A stretch of 64,000 bases of DNA from positions 1,952,001 to 2,016,000 of the forward strand of contig OZ252243.1 of NCBI GenBank assembly GCA_965249555.1. The letters run 5' to 3'. This stretch comes from Nitrosopumilus sp. (GTDB lineage Archaea > Thermoproteota > Nitrososphaeria > Nitrososphaerales > Nitrosopumilaceae). This document shows, piece by piece, positions 1 through 11,604 of the stretch (positions are counted from its first letter, which is position 1; each line of letters begins with the position of its first letter). The notes beneath the pieces are model-generated. The model worked only from the letters and a program-made list of their open reading frames with translations. It did no database searches and was not told the origin of the DNA. The position numbers were made by a program, and so were the translations under genes.

Positions 1-1
1 A

Positions 2-400
2 AATCAGGGATTCAAGGTATTCAAACTTGCAAAATCAAACTATAACATCTGGGAGAATTATGATGGAAAAGACCAAAAAAAATTAAAAGAACAGATGAAA
101 ATATTTGCGACCCCATTAATTGAAAAATACAAGGATATTGATGTAATTTATGAATGCATAATAAAAGAAGGGTATAATCTGAACAGTAAATTGGAAAAAT
201 TAACTATCAAACCAAACACCATATACAAGATATCAAATGATGATAAAATATTCTATCTGACATTGGATAAAATAATAAAACTTGATAGTGTGGAAGAATT
301 GGAACTTGGTAAAAACCAAACTTTGTTTTGTTTAGATTCATCACTGGATGACAGTATGAAGATGAATTTATCAAAACAATGTACACTGAAAACAATATAG
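2..400 (+). CDS. mod: Type III R-M DNA methyltransferase (Mod), C-terminal part; runs off the window start
   Basis: Frame is open from base 2 (NQGFKVFKLAKSNYNIW...ECIIKEGYNLN), typical of a Mod C-terminus; directly upstream of res. Confidence 0.85.
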   Translation, partial: NQGFKVFKLAKSNYNIWENYDGKDQKKLKEQMKIFATPLIEKYKDIDVIYECIIKEGYNLNSKLEKLTIKPNTIYKISNDDKIFYLTLDKIIKLDSVEELELGKNQTLFCLDSSLDDSMKMNLSKQCTLKTI

Positions 401-401
401 A

Positions 402-2984
402 GTGAATATTATGGAGATAGAATTTTTATCAAATCTTGACTTTCAATTAAATGCCATAAAGTCAACCGTATCCATTTTTGAATCTCAGAAATTTAAAAGG
501 GACACTTCTCTCCTGATGGGGGAAATAATTTCAAATAATCTGAATCTAACAACACCACAAATACTAGATAATATAAAAAAAATCCAAGAAAGAAATAATA
601 TTGATCTAGTTAAAGAATTAAAAGGAATGAATTTTTCAATAGAGATGGAAACTGGGACAGGCAAAACATATGTTTATCTTAAAACAGTATTTGAATTGTA
701 TCAAAATTACGGGTTCAAAAAGTTTCTAGTAATTGTACCCTCTGTTGCAATACGAGAGGGGGTGATCAAAACTCTACAAATGACACAAAAACACTTTAGA
801 GATATTTATGATAAAATCCCTTATGATTATTACGAATATGATTCAAAGAAAATCAATCAAATCAGGCAATTTGTAAGATCTAATGATATTCAAATTATGA
901 TCATGACGATTGACTCTTTTAATAAAGATAATAACATAATGAATCAAGCACAGGACAAACTAAATGGTGAAAAACCAATACACGTGATAAGCAAAACAAA
1001 CCCAATAATGATATTGGACGAGCCACAAAACATGGAAAGCGACAAAACCAAAGATGCGATATCTAACATGAAACCGTTATTCACATTAAGGTATTCTGCA
1101 ACTCATAAAGATGTTTACAATCTTGTATACCGTCTCAGCCCAGTTAATGCGTATAACATGAATCTTGTGAAAAAGATCGAAGTTATGTCAGTAATTAAAA
1201 ACAACAAATTTAACCACTTACTTATCAAATGTGAAAAAATTATAGCTGAAAAGAAAGGAATCAGGGCAAAACTATCGCTTAATAAAAAAACTGAAACGAA
1301 TTACAAAGAAAAATTATTTGTGATTAAAATTGAAGACGATTTGGAACAAAAAACCAACAATCCTGAATATAGTGGATTCATAGTATCTGAAATTGATGCA
1401 AAACGTAATTTTATCAGATTTACAAATGGAATCAAAATAAAGCTTGGTGAGGGGGAGGGCACAGACAGAGAAGAAATAATGAAAAACCAAATTAGGCAGA
1501 CAGTAGAAGAGCACTTTGAAAAGGCCGTGAGATTGAAGAAAAAGGGAATAAAGCCACTATCATTGTTTTTTATAGATAAGGTGGACAACTATGTCCCAAA
1601 AGATGGGTTCATAAAAAAAACATTTGAGAATTCATTTGATAAATTAAAAAAGAATTATCCACAATTTAAAAATTTGAAGGCAAAGGATGTTCACAAGGGA
1701 TATTTTTCTAAACGAAAATCAGATAGTGGAATGGAGAATGATAAAGAGGTATTTAATTTAATAATGAAGGATAAAGAAAAATTAATCTCTTTTGAGGAGC
1801 CAGTTCAGTTTATCTTTTCACACTCAGCACTAAGAGAAGGGTGGGATAATCCAAACGTGTTTAACATCTGTACACTAAATCAGACGAAATCTGTAATCAA
1901 AAAAAGACAGGAAATAGGGAGGGGGATGAGACTGCCAATAAACCAAGAGGGGGTAAGAGTCCATGGAGACCAGAATATTTTGTCTGTAATCGCAAATGAA
2001 CACTATGCAAATTATGCGAAAACACTTCAATTGGAATATGAGGAAGAATATGGGTATGGAAATTCCCCTGGAATTCTTGATAGTTCAGAAAGAAAAACAC
2101 TGAAATTAAAAAAGGGTTTTGAGTTAAATCCTGAATTTCAGAAACTTTGGAAAAAAGTATCAAAAAAGACAAAATATGCGGTATCTATTGACACTAAACA
2201 TCTGATAAAGTCATGTGTGGAAAGGATAGACTCGTCTGTTACCGTGTCCCCAATCAATATCGATATTATAACTGCAACGCTGTCGGTAGTAGGAGATGAT
2301 TCAGAGGTAAAAGTGGACACGGATATTGTTGGAATGGGTGGTGATAAGTTTGAAACACAGTTTTCAATTCCCAATATTATTGAACATTTAGCCAACGATA
2401 CAAAATTAACACGTAATACCATATTATACATATTAACAAAAACCAGTAAACTTAATCAGATTTTTTTGAATCCACAATTTTTCATATCCAGAATATCAGA
2501 TATTATAAAAGATGAATTGAAAAATTTTCTGGTAAATGGTGTAAAGTATCAAGAAATAGAAGAATGGTATAAGATGGAATTGTTTGAAGATATTATAACC
2601 CATAAAGAGGTTGTTTCTGTAAAACACTCCATATATGAGAAACTGATTCGTGAATCTGATGTTGAGGAAGGGTTTGCCGTAAGCCTCGACAAACAACCCA
2701 ATGTCAGATTATTTACAAAATTACCAGATTGGTTCAAAGTGCAAACTCCAATTGGTGGTTATAATCCTGACTGGGCTATTATGTTAAATGATATGGATGA
2801 ACATAAGAGATTACGTGAAAAACTATACCTTGTGTCTGAAACAAAGGGAGCCATTAGCCCCAGAAGCCGTTCAATTGATGAGAATGACAAGATCAGGTGT
2901 GCCAGGAAGCATTTTGCGGAAATTGACACAAAGTATGATGTAGTAACAAGCATCGATGACTTTCTAAAAAACCTCAAAAATTAA
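402..2984 (+). CDS. res: Type III restriction endonuclease Res subunit
   Basis: METGTGKT Walker A, DEPQ, SAT, ALREGWDNPNVFNICTL, QEIGRGMR, and C-terminal YNPDWAI...ETK PD-(D/E)XK nuclease. Confidence 0.95.
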   Translation: MNIMEIEFLSNLDFQLNAIKSTVSIFESQKFKRDTSLLMGEIISNNLNLTTPQILDNIKKIQERNNIDLVKELKGMNFSIEMETGTGKTYVYLKTVFELYQNYGFKKFLVIVPSVAIREGVIKTLQMTQKHFRDIYDKIPYDYYEYDSKKINQIRQFVRSNDIQIMIMTIDSFNKDNNIMNQAQDKLNGEKPIHVISKTNPIMILDEPQNMESDKTKDAISNMKPLFTLRYSATHKDVYNLVYRLSPVNAYNMNLVKKIEVMSVIKNNKFNHLLIKCEKIIAEKKGIRAKLSLNKKTETNYKEKLFVIKIEDDLEQKTNNPEYSGFIVSEIDAKRNFIRFTNGIKIKLGEGEGTDREEIMKNQIRQTVEEHFEKAVRLKKKGIKPLSLFFIDKVDNYVPKDGFIKKTFENSFDKLKKNYPQFKNLKAKDVHKGYFSKRKSDSGMENDKEVFNLIMKDKEKLISFEEPVQFIFSHSALREGWDNPNVFNICTLNQTKSVIKKRQEIGRGMRLPINQEGVRVHGDQNILSVIANEHYANYAKTLQLEYEEEYGYGNSPGILDSSERKTLKLKKGFELNPEFQKLWKKVSKKTKYAVSIDTKHLIKSCVERIDSSVTVSPINIDIITATLSVVGDDSEVKVDTDIVGMGGDKFETQFSIPNIIEHLANDTKLTRNTILYILTKTSKLNQIFLNPQFFISRISDIIKDELKNFLVNGVKYQEIEEWYKMELFEDIITHKEVVSVKHSIYEKLIRESDVEEGFAVSLDKQPNVRLFTKLPDWFKVQTPIGGYNPDWAIMLNDMDEHKRLREKLYLVSETKGAISPRSRSIDENDKIRCARKHFAEIDTKYDVVTSIDDFLKNLKN

Positions 2985-3234
2985 ATCTGATGTTAAATAA
3001 ATAATTTATTCTGCTTCCTAAGATGGTATAATTTCTTTAAAAAATATTTCATAAATTCATATTACATTCATTGGTAAGTGATATACAAAACAACAACTTA
3101 ACAGTAAAAACCTCTAATTAGGTCAGTCCTGTTGAATCCTCTCTACTCAATCCTGAGAAGATCATGATTTCATGTCTACCCTATAACCCAACAGTGCCCA
3201 CATGGCAAAATACCTTTAAAACCGACAGGTATTA

Positions 3235-3285
3235 ATTCCATCCCTCGAATGGAACACCCACTGATTCCATCCCTCGAATGGAACA
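3235..3285. repeat. Two exact 22-bp direct repeats (ATTCCATCCCTCGAATGGAACA), each with an internal inverted repeat
   Basis: Copies at 3235-3256 and 3264-3285; TTCCAT-N7-ATGGAA palindrome. Confidence 0.85.
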
Positions 3286-3759
3286 TTTTGTTGAAATCAT
3301 GGAAATTTGGGAAATCACTCGAAGATGGAACAGTGTAAAGATCCTCACCTAACACCCACAGATGCAACAGAACCAATAAGGAAATAGATATAATTAACTT
3401 GGAAGGGGTTGATTCGAATAGTGAAGTCAAATTGTTCTGAAACTGTTTCAATTTCTTGGCATGGATAAAAATATCCAATTGTCTTCAATAGTCTTTTTTA
3501 CAAATCCCCATGCTTGGTCATGACAGGTTTTTATGATGGTATTATGTAATTAAATTAATGGATGAACCAAAATTGAAGACAAGCACATTTGGAGATAATT
3601 TTGTTGTTACTGAAAATGAATCCATTGCAATTTTAAAAAAAATAACCAGTAAATATAGTTAATTTTTGTATCACTGTTGTAGAAATAATGGCTTTTCAGA
3701 TATAGTTGTGATAAAAACAATGCAAAAAACTAAATCTGCAACATTTTGAACTAAAAGAA

Positions 3760-4629
3760 ATGAAATTAGCAGTATTTTCTCATTGTGCAATTGATACTAT
3801 TACCATTGATAATTATAATTATGAACAAATTGGTGGTTCTGCCTGTTATTGTGGAATTACTGCAAGACAGTTCAAATTTGATGTAGATTTGTTCACTAAA
3901 TTTGGACCTGATTTTCCAAAACAATATCTTACTGAAAACAAAATCAATTTCATAAATTCTGAATCAGAAAAAAACACTACCAAATTTGCTATTTCTATTA
4001 ACGGCTCAGATAGAACTCTTAAACTTGAAAATGAATGTGATGCAATTGATTACTCTAGTGTTAATGCTGATGGACATATAGTTAGTCCTATTTATCACGA
4101 AATTTCTTATGATACTTTAAAACAAATCAAAAATGATTCTAATTTCCTCTTTCTTGATCCTCATGGTTTTATGAGGAAAAAAGATTCTCAAAATAATATT
4201 GTTTTAGAAAATATCAATCTTGATTTATCAAATGTTAATGCAATAAAGGTTAATCCTGAAGAAGCTCAACATATTGTTAATGGCACCAATGATGAAATCA
4301 TGTTGGCATTACAGAAAAAAGGAGTTGAATACGTATTGCTTACAAATAAAACTGACGTGTCTCTTTTGGTAAAAGATAAAATCTATTCCATTACTCTTCC
4401 AAATAAACAAATTCATGATACCACTGGAATTGGTGATATTTTTTGCTCAGCATTTTGTTGTACTATGCTTAAAGAAAAGGACTTTTTATGGGCATTATGC
4501 TTTGCTGGCGGTGCTGCTCAAGCTGCACTTGAATCAAAGAATGTAGGCTTGCAAAAGATTCCAAGAAAGGGAACCATTCAGACAAATGCCTCTTATTTTT
4601 ACAATTTGTTAAAATTCAGAGATTTGTAG
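3760..4629 (+). CDS. PfkB/ribokinase-family carbohydrate kinase
   Basis: GGSA N-terminal motif, KVNPEEA, DTTGIGDIF signature. Confidence 0.9.
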   Translation: MKLAVFSHCAIDTITIDNYNYEQIGGSACYCGITARQFKFDVDLFTKFGPDFPKQYLTENKINFINSESEKNTTKFAISINGSDRTLKLENECDAIDYSSVNADGHIVSPIYHEISYDTLKQIKNDSNFLFLDPHGFMRKKDSQNNIVLENINLDLSNVNAIKVNPEEAQHIVNGTNDEIMLALQKKGVEYVLLTNKTDVSLLVKDKIYSITLPNKQIHDTTGIGDIFCSAFCCTMLKEKDFLWALCFAGGAAQAALESKNVGLQKIPRKGTIQTNASYFYNLLKFRDL

Positions 4630-4669
4630 TGCGTTATTTTTTTATTATACTAAATAGTTTATCATTTCT

Positions 4670-5668
4670 GTGCAAATAGGAATTTATGGTTCTGAAACTA
4701 CAGATACTGCAGCAAAGACAATTAAAAAAATTCTAGAGGAATCTGGAATCAAATCTTTCCAAATAACAAAATCAAAGGGTAAACAAGCTGATTGCGTTAT
4801 TGTTTTGGGAGGAGATAAGGGAGTTAGAAATTATTTTCATAGAACTTTTGATACTGTTTCTCCTGTGTTGGGAATTAGTGAAGGTGAGGCAAGTGGGTTT
4901 CTGGCTCAAATTGATCTTAGGGAATTCTCATCTTATGTCAATGTCTTAAAAAAACAGAAATACACTATTGAAGAAGTTCCACGACTTGGTGTTAAAATTG
5001 ACGGAAAAAATGTATATCCTGTTCTTAATGATGTTGCAGTATTTTCTTCAAAGAGTGCCATACTGATGGAACATACACTGCGAGTAAATGGAGAAGAAGT
5101 TTGGCACGATAACAGTGATGGAATAATTATCTCTACTCCAATTGGTTCATCTGCATATTCAATGTCTGCAGGTGGACCTGTTTTGTTTCAAGATTCGGCA
5201 GTATTTGAGATAATTTCTGTAAACTCTCTTGATGTGACTCGTAGGCCAATTATTGTATCAAATGAAAGCTCAATTGAGATTGATGATATCTATGCAAGAC
5301 TTCATTGCGAAGTTGTTCTTGATGGTTTGGAGCGCTACAAGGTAAACAAGACTGTTGAATGCACAAAATTCCTTCCTTCTGCAAAAATCATTAGACTCAA
5401 AAAGGATTTCACTGCAATTTCGGCTCTTGCCAAAAAAGTTCATCTTGCTGAAGAGTTACTTAGCATGCCTCCAAGCTCTAAACTGCTTCTAAAGACATTA
5501 GAGTATGAAGGAGCATTGACTCAAAAAGATCTTGCAAACAAAACTTTACTTCCTGCCAGAACTGTTAGATTGGCGCTAAGCCATCTTTTGAAAAAAGGCT
5601 ATGTCAAAAAGAAAGTCTCCATTAGAGATGCTAGACAAAAAATCTATGAAATATCAAAGATAAAATAA
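4670..5668 (+). CDS. nadK: NAD kinase with C-terminal MarR-type wHTH
   Basis: LGGD, LND, DGIIISTPIGSSAYSMSAGG motifs; C-terminal LTQKDLA...DARQKIY wHTH. Confidence 0.9.
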   Translation: MQIGIYGSETTDTAAKTIKKILEESGIKSFQITKSKGKQADCVIVLGGDKGVRNYFHRTFDTVSPVLGISEGEASGFLAQIDLREFSSYVNVLKKQKYTIEEVPRLGVKIDGKNVYPVLNDVAVFSSKSAILMEHTLRVNGEEVWHDNSDGIIISTPIGSSAYSMSAGGPVLFQDSAVFEIISVNSLDVTRRPIIVSNESSIEIDDIYARLHCEVVLDGLERYKVNKTVECTKFLPSAKIIRLKKDFTAISALAKKVHLAEELLSMPPSSKLLLKTLEYEGALTQKDLANKTLLPARTVRLALSHLLKKGYVKKKVSIRDARQKIYEISKIK

Positions 5669-5675
5669 TTTTTTT

Positions 5676-5828
5676 TTAAGAACTCTCTTTAGTAATTTTA
5701 TCTATGTGCGATGTATCGTTTCTTGTTGCTTCATTAATCCTTTTTTGATTTTTTTTAAAACAATCCTCAGAGCAAAAATCTTTAATTCCTATCTTATATT
5801 CATTATTACACTCATTACACTTTGCCAA
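5676..5828 (-). CDS. 50-aa zinc-binding microprotein (TRASH-like, CxxC...FCSxxC)
   Basis: Manual translation from TTG: MAKCNECNNEYKIGIKDFCSEDCFKKNQKRINEATRNDTSHIDKITKESS. Confidence 0.7.
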   Translation of the reverse strand: MAKCNECNNEYKIGIKDFCSEDCFKKNQKRINEATRNDTSHIDKITKESS

Positions 5829-5918
5829 TTTTTCTTCTCGTTGGTGCCGGATTGAATTTTAGTCTTATTTAGTTAATTACTCAAAGTCCCATTTTTGGGA
5901 GTTTTGTTATGGATGTGA

Positions 5919-7520
5919 TTATTTTTCTGAGGCTGCTTTGATAAATGCAGTAAAAGATTCCTCAGGAAATCCTGGCCTGCTGTTAAATTCTGGGTGGAAT
6001 TGAACTCCTAGATAGAATTTATGTGATGGAATTTCAAGCATTTCCATTCTTTTTCCTCCATCACTTTCAGCTGAAAATATTAATCCATTTTTTTCAAATT
6101 CAGGAATATACTCTTTATTGATTTCATATCTGTGTCTGTGACGTTTACTGATGGTTATTGTGTTGTAGATTTTTTGTGCATTTGTGTTCCCTTTAATTGT
6201 TATATCGTTTGCACCTAATCTAAGCGAACCACCCATGTCTGAAATATTTTTTTGTTCTGGAAGTAAATCCACAACAGGATTTTTTGCATCAGCTTTAATC
6301 TCAGACGAATTTGCATCTTCTAGATTTAAGACGTTTCGTCCAAATGCAATTGCTGCTAGCTGGAATCCAAAACATATTCCAAGATATGGTATATTTTTCT
6401 CACGTGCATAATTTGCAGTTTGAATTATTCCTTCAGAGCCTCTGGTGCCGAATCCCCCTGGAACTAAAATTCCATCATAGTTTGATAGTGTGTTGTAATC
6501 TGTTATTGATTCAGAATCCATCCAGTCAATATCTATTGATTTTCCTATTTGTGCACCTGCATGTTTTAATGCATGATTTACACTCACATAGCTGTCAGCA
6601 AGTGTCACATATTTTCCAACCATTACAATCTTTACTTTTTGGTCTTCATGATTGATCATGTTATTGGCAATCTCATTCCATTTATCCCAATTTGCTGAAG
6701 TGTTTACCATTCCAACCTTTCCAAACTTTGTAAATATTGAATCCATAATTCCTTGGTCATAGAGCATCTGTGGTACTTCGAAGATTGACTTTGCATCATG
6801 ACACGATAAAACATCTCTTGTCGTTACATTTGTAAACATACCAATCTTCTTCTTTGTTTTTTCTTCTAATGGTAATGTGCATCTAACTGCTAAAAAGTCT
6901 GGTTGAATTCCTATTCTTCTTAGTTCTTGGACGCTATGTTGTGTTGGTTTGGTTTTTTGCTCTCCTACTACATCAAGTGATGGTGCCAATGTTACATGTA
7001 CAAAAATTACTCCTTGCGGTCCCTCTTCTATTCTCATTTGTCTGAGTGCCTCTAAAAATGGTAATGATTCAATATCTCCAACTGTTCCTCCACATTCTAC
7101 TATCAAAAAATCTAGTTGCTCATCTTCTGTAATCTTTCTAATTCTTTTTTTGATTTCATCAGTTATGTGTGGAATTATCTGAACACATGCTCCTAGATAG
7201 TTCCCTTTCCTTTCTGCTTCAATTACTGAAGAATATACTTGTGCAGTTGTAATATTGTGGCTTTTTGGAATATCTTGGTTTAGGAATCTTTCATAGTTTC
7301 CAATATCCATGTCACATTCACCTCCATCCTCTGTTACGAAGACTTCGCCATGTGCAACTGGATTCATTGTTCCTGCATCATAGTTTAGATACGGATCTAT
7401 CTTAACGCAGGAGACTTTTTGATCAGCTAATTGTAATAATTTTGCAATCGAGGAAGTTGTTACACCTTTTCCAAGGCCAGACATCACACCACCTGTGACA
7501 AAAATAAACTTCGTCTGCAC
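5919..7520 (-). CDS. pyrG: CTP synthase
   Basis: [39 protein letters not shown]. Confidence 0.98.
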   Translation of the reverse strand: MQTKFIFVTGGVMSGLGKGVTTSSIAKLLQLADQKVSCVKIDPYLNYDAGTMNPVAHGEVFVTEDGGECDMDIGNYERFLNQDIPKSHNITTAQVYSSVIEAERKGNYLGACVQIIPHITDEIKKRIRKITEDEQLDFLIVECGGTVGDIESLPFLEALRQMRIEEGPQGVIFVHVTLAPSLDVVGEQKTKPTQHSVQELRRIGIQPDFLAVRCTLPLEEKTKKKIGMFTNVTTRDVLSCHDAKSIFEVPQMLYDQGIMDSIFTKFGKVGMVNTSANWDKWNEIANNMINHEDQKVKIVMVGKYVTLADSYVSVNHALKHAGAQIGKSIDIDWMDSESITDYNTLSNYDGILVPGGFGTRGSEGIIQTANYAREKNIPYLGICFGFQLAAIAFGRNVLNLEDANSSEIKADAKNPVVDLLPEQKNISDMGGSLRLGANDITIKGNTNAQKIYNTITISKRHRHRYEINKEYIPEFEKNGLIFSAESDGGKRMEMLEIPSHKFYLGVQFHPEFNSRPGFPEESFTAFIKAASEK

Positions 7521-7726
7521 ATTAATGAAACAAGTATCTGTCTTTTGTATGTTTTGCCTATTTTTGCTTGAAATTGAGTGTATGGTTTCTTACTCTTAAT
7601 GCTCTAAATCTTCAATATTTGAGATAATCGCGATCTTTACGATTGTAAAAAAAATTGCCTGTTTTTTTAACAAGTTTTAGATATTTCTGGAGCTATTTTT
7701 TTATCTTTCCTTGTATATTGTATAAT

Positions 7727-7808
7727 GAGAACCTCTAGAATGGTGGTCATCACTAAGACTCCCCTCCATGGCAGTTTGTATACTTGACCCCACTCTCTAC
7801 CGGCTCTT
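7727..7808. ncRNA. Candidate structured small RNA (long irregular hairpin)
   Basis: GC-rich intergenic island; GGTCA/TGACC, TAGA/TCTA and AGAACC/GGCTCT arms; loop contains CCCCTCC. Confidence 0.35.
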
Positions 7809-7816
7809 AATTTATC

Positions 7817-8617
7817 TTAAAGAATTGTTTGTTTTTTTAGACTTTTTGTAAATGATGCAATCTCTGATTCTAGTTTATTTTGTGGAGTTTTTTCAATTAA
7901 TTTCAAGTATGCACTGCCAACAATCACTGCATCTGCTCCTACCTTGATGTATTTTTTTACATCCCCTGGAGTTGAAATTCCAAATCCTACACCAACAGGA
8001 GTTCTCCCCTTGGTTTGTTTTTTAATATCTTTGACTGCTTTTATTGTGTAATTTTTAACTCCTGTTTTAACCCCTGTTGTACCATAAACTGCAACAAGAT
8101 ACAAGAATCCAGTTGATATTTTGGCAATCTTTTGTATTCTTGTCTTGTTAGTGTTTGGAGATACTAGAAATATTGTATCTGCATTATTTTTAGCAGCTTT
8201 AAGATATTCTTTTGATTCCTCAATTGACATATCTGGAAGAATGAATCCATCAATTCCAGCTTTTTTTGCCTCTGAGATAAATTTTGCATACCCCTTGTGA
8301 TACAAGATGTTGGTGTATGTCATCAATACTAGTGGGATGTCTGTTTCTTTTCTGATTTTTTTTACAATATTGAAAAATTTGTTAATTTTAGTACCTTTTT
8401 TGAGTGATGCTGTACTTGCATTCTGAATTACTGGTCCATCAGCTATGGGATCTGAAAATGGAAAACCTAGTTCTATGATATCTGCTCCCCCCTTTACTAG
8501 CCCTCTTACAATTGAAATGGTTGCTTTTTCATTTGGAAATCCTACCATGATGTATGATATCAGAGCCTTTTGATTTTTAGTCTCAAGTTCTATGAATTTT
8601 TCTTTAATCCTTGACAT
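7817..8617 (-). CDS. trpA: Tryptophan synthase alpha chain
   Basis: [30 protein letters not shown]. Confidence 0.97.
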   Translation of the reverse strand: MSRIKEKFIELETKNQKALISYIMVGFPNEKATISIVRGLVKGGADIIELGFPFSDPIADGPVIQNASTASLKKGTKINKFFNIVKKIRKETDIPLVLMTYTNILYHKGYAKFISEAKKAGIDGFILPDMSIEESKEYLKAAKNNADTIFLVSPNTNKTRIQKIAKISTGFLYLVAVYGTTGVKTGVKNYTIKAVKDIKKQTKGRTPVGVGFGISTPGDVKKYIKVGADAVIVGSAYLKLIEKTPQNKLESEIASFTKSLKKQTIL

Positions 8618-9791
8618 TTCTCTTCAAATAATTTTGTACTTCTTCAACGTCTTTGTCCCCTCTTCCAGAAAGTGTTACAACTATTGATTCTGATTTCTTT
8701 CCTTTTCGTGCTACTTTGATTGCCTCAGATATTGCATGAGCTGATTCAAGTGCTGGAATAATTCCTTCTGTTCTAGTTAGCATTAAGAATGCATCAATTA
8801 CTTCTGCATCAGTAGCTGAATGATACTTTATTCGTTTTGTGTCTTTATAGTATGAATGCTCTGGCCCAACACCTGGATAGTCTAATCCTGCTGAAATACT
8901 GTGCGTTTCTGTAATTTGTCCCTCATTATCTTGAAGTAAATATGTCATCATGCCATGTAAAACACCTTTAGTTCCAGCTGACAATGTTGCTGAATGCAAT
9001 TTTGATTTTAATCCTTGACCTGCAGCCTCTACTCCAATTATTTCAGCATTGGAATCAACGAGTGGATAAAATGTTCCAATTGCATTTGATCCTCCACCAA
9101 CACATGCTATTACACTATCTGGAGTTTTGTTAATTTTTTTCATCTGTGATTTAATCTCATTTCCAATGACACTTTGAAAATCTCTAACCATTACAGGATA
9201 TGGATGTGGACCAACTGCTGATCCTAATAGATAGTATGTTGTTTCTACATTAGTTATCCAATCACGAATTGCTTCATTAATCGCATCTTTTAGTGTCTTT
9301 GAACCTGAATTTACTGGATAAACTTTGCAACCAAGTAAATCCATTCGAAATACATTTAGCTTTTGACGAATTGTATCCTTGTATCCCATGTATACTTCAG
9401 CCTTCATTCCTAAGGCAGCACATGCCATTGCAGTAGCAACACCGTGTTGTCCCGCACCTGTTTCTGCAATGATTCTTTTCTTTTTCATCTTCTTTGCAAG
9501 TAGGACTTGACCTAGTGTATTGTTGATTTTGTGTGCTCCTCCATGAAGTAAATCTTCTCGTTTGAGATAGATTTTAGCACCGCCTAGTTTTTCTGACAAA
9601 TTTTTTGCATAGTATAATGGAGTTGGGCGTCCTGCATACACTTTGAGATAATAATCTAGTTCTTTTTTGAAATTTTTGTCCTCTTTGAATTTAAGATAAT
9701 TCTCTTCTAATTCTTCAATTGCGGGAACTAGTGTTTCTGGAATGTACTTTCCACCAAATTCTCCGAATCTACCATTCTTAGGATATCTCAA
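8604..9791 (-). CDS. trpB: Tryptophan synthase beta chain
   Basis: [27 protein letters not shown]. Confidence 0.98.
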   Translation of the reverse strand: MRYPKNGRFGEFGGKYIPETLVPAIEELEENYLKFKEDKNFKKELDYYLKVYAGRPTPLYYAKNLSEKLGGAKIYLKREDLLHGGAHKINNTLGQVLLAKKMKKKRIIAETGAGQHGVATAMACAALGMKAEVYMGYKDTIRQKLNVFRMDLLGCKVYPVNSGSKTLKDAINEAIRDWITNVETTYYLLGSAVGPHPYPVMVRDFQSVIGNEIKSQMKKINKTPDSVIACVGGGSNAIGTFYPLVDSNAEIIGVEAAGQGLKSKLHSATLSAGTKGVLHGMMTYLLQDNEGQITETHSISAGLDYPGVGPEHSYYKDTKRIKYHSATDAEVIDAFLMLTRTEGIIPALESAHAISEAIKVARKGKKSESIVVTLSGRGDKDVEEVQNYLKRNVKD

Positions 9792-10567
9792 TATGCCCTC
9801 GCCAATTTTCTAACTTGTCCTTCGATATTATCGCTTTTCATAATACTTGAGCCTATTAGAAAAGCATCTGCTCCAGACTTTTTTAAATATTGAATATCCT
9901 CAACAGTCCCAATCCCACTCTCTGATAGAACTGGTCTTGACTTTTCGTATCCTTCAAGAACTGTCTCAGTAGTTTTTAGATCAATTTCTAATGTGTCTAA
10001 ATTTCTGTTGTTAATTCCAATAAGATCAGATTTTGTTTTCAATGCATTTTCAAATTCCTGTTTTGTATGAACTTCAAGGAGAATTTTCAATTCTTTTTTG
10101 TGAGCATACTCAATAAACTCATCAATCTCCTTGAGAAATCCTTGATCAAATAATGATTGAATCAATAAAATGTAATCTGCACCAATTTTTTTTGCAGCAT
10201 CTATTTGGATATTTTCTATCATGATGTCTTTCATCAATAATGGAACATCTACTGCTTCTCTAACTTTTATGAAATATTCTGGTGAACCATGAAATAGATT
10301 GGGTTGAGTAAGGACTGATAATGCTTTTGAGCCTCCTGCAATCATCTGTCTTGCTATACTTGCAGGGTCTGTTAGGGTTCTGATTTTCCCAAGAGATGGT
10401 GATGCAAATTTTATCTCAGTTAAAAGTGTCGGATGAGGATTTGTCTTGATAATGTGAATAAGGTCTTTCCTTGATTTTTCCAGATTTACATCTATATCGT
10501 ATGTTCCATCATCAATTGCTGTTTGTGAATTAGTTACCAATCTTTTTAAAATATTCTCAGCCATCAT
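9788..10567 (-). CDS. trpC: Indole-3-glycerol phosphate synthase
   Basis: [27 protein letters not shown]. Confidence 0.96.
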   Translation of the reverse strand: MMAENILKRLVTNSQTAIDDGTYDIDVNLEKSRKDLIHIIKTNPHPTLLTEIKFASPSLGKIRTLTDPASIARQMIAGGSKALSVLTQPNLFHGSPEYFIKVREAVDVPLLMKDIMIENIQIDAAKKIGADYILLIQSLFDQGFLKEIDEFIEYAHKKELKILLEVHTKQEFENALKTKSDLIGINNRNLDTLEIDLKTTETVLEGYEKSRPVLSESGIGTVEDIQYLKKSGADAFLIGSSIMKSDNIEGQVRKLARAY

Positions 10568-11604
10568 ATTATCTCCTTTAATTTTGAAATGTTTCCAGCA
10601 TCTGTCACAAAGTTCTCCAAAGTCTTGAATGCTTTTCCATCTTTAATTGTGTTTAGTGCAATCTCTACTCCTTCTTCAAAATTATTTGCAATATTTGAAA
10701 TAACTAATCCTCCAGCTGCATTTAGTGCAGTAGTTTCAATCATTGCTTGATTTGCAGTATTATTTAGAACTCCTACAAACGATTTGATTGCATCATCTTT
10801 TGTTTTAATCTGAATATCTTTGAGTGACGATTTGTGCAATCCTACAACTTCAGGATCAATTGCATTCATCAATACTTTGTCTTTTCTTAAAATACACACT
10901 CTATTAGTTGCACTAGTGGAGAATTCATCCATTCCATCATCCGAACGTACAGTCATAATGTTTTCTCCACCTTTTCTTTTTAGAATTGCAGGTAATCTAT
11001 CAAGGTAGTCAATTGAAAATACACCAATTAGTTGATTTTTAACTCCAGCTGGATTTGAGAGTGGACCTAAAAGATTGAAAGCAGTTCTTTTGCCTAGTTG
11101 TCTTCTAGCTGGACCTACATGTTTCATTGCTGGGTGAAACTTTTGTGCAAACATGAAACAAATTTTATGCTTTTCTAAAATTTGTACAATTTGTGATGGT
11201 TCTTGATTTAGATCATATCCAAAATACTCGAAAATATCTGCACTTCCAGACACTCCCGAACTTGAGCGATTTCCATGCTTTGCAACTATTCCTCCGGCAG
11301 CAGCTACTACAAATGATGCTGTAGTTGACACATTGAATGTCTGAAGCTTATCACCACCTGTGCCGCACATGTCAATAATGATTCCAGCATTTTTAGGCTC
11401 AATTTTTAGAGATAATTCCTGCATTTTATCAAGCATCCCAAGTAGTTCATCATCCGTCTCTCCTTTCTTTGCTAGATGGGATAGAAAATCTGTGTTCTCT
11501 TGGATATTTGTATTTCCTGAAAGAATGTCTGTCATTACATTGTTTATCTCATCATATGTCAAGTCTGTCTTTTCTTCTAATTTTTTAATTAAATCTGAAA
11601 TCAT
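10564..11604 (-). CDS. trpD: Anthranilate phosphoribosyltransferase
   Basis: DMCGTGGD, FNVST, KHGNRSSSGVSGSAD. Confidence 0.97.
   Translation of the reverse strand: MISDLIKKLEEKTDLTYDEINNVMTDILSGNTNIQENTDFLSHLAKKGETDDELLGMLDKMQELSLKIEPKNAGIIIDMCGTGGDKLQTFNVSTTASFVVAAAGGIVAKHGNRSSSGVSGSADIFEYFGYDLNQEPSQIVQILEKHKICFMFAQKFHPAMKHVGPARRQLGKRTAFNLLGPLSNPAGVKNQLIGVFSIDYLDRLPAILKRKGGENIMTVRSDDGMDEFSTSATNRVCILRKDKVLMNAIDPEVVGLHKSSLKDIQIKTKDDAIKSFVGVLNNTANQAMIETTALNAAGGLVISNIANNFEEGVEIALNTIKDGKAFKTLENFVTDAGNISKLKEII

Noticed and set aside
3235-3285. Possible mini-CRISPR array
   Set aside because: Only two repeats, a 7-bp spacer and no cas genes.
3176-3478. 100-aa minus-strand ORF after res
   Set aside because: No motif or promoter support; spans the 29-bp-period duplication, which is not a multiple of three.
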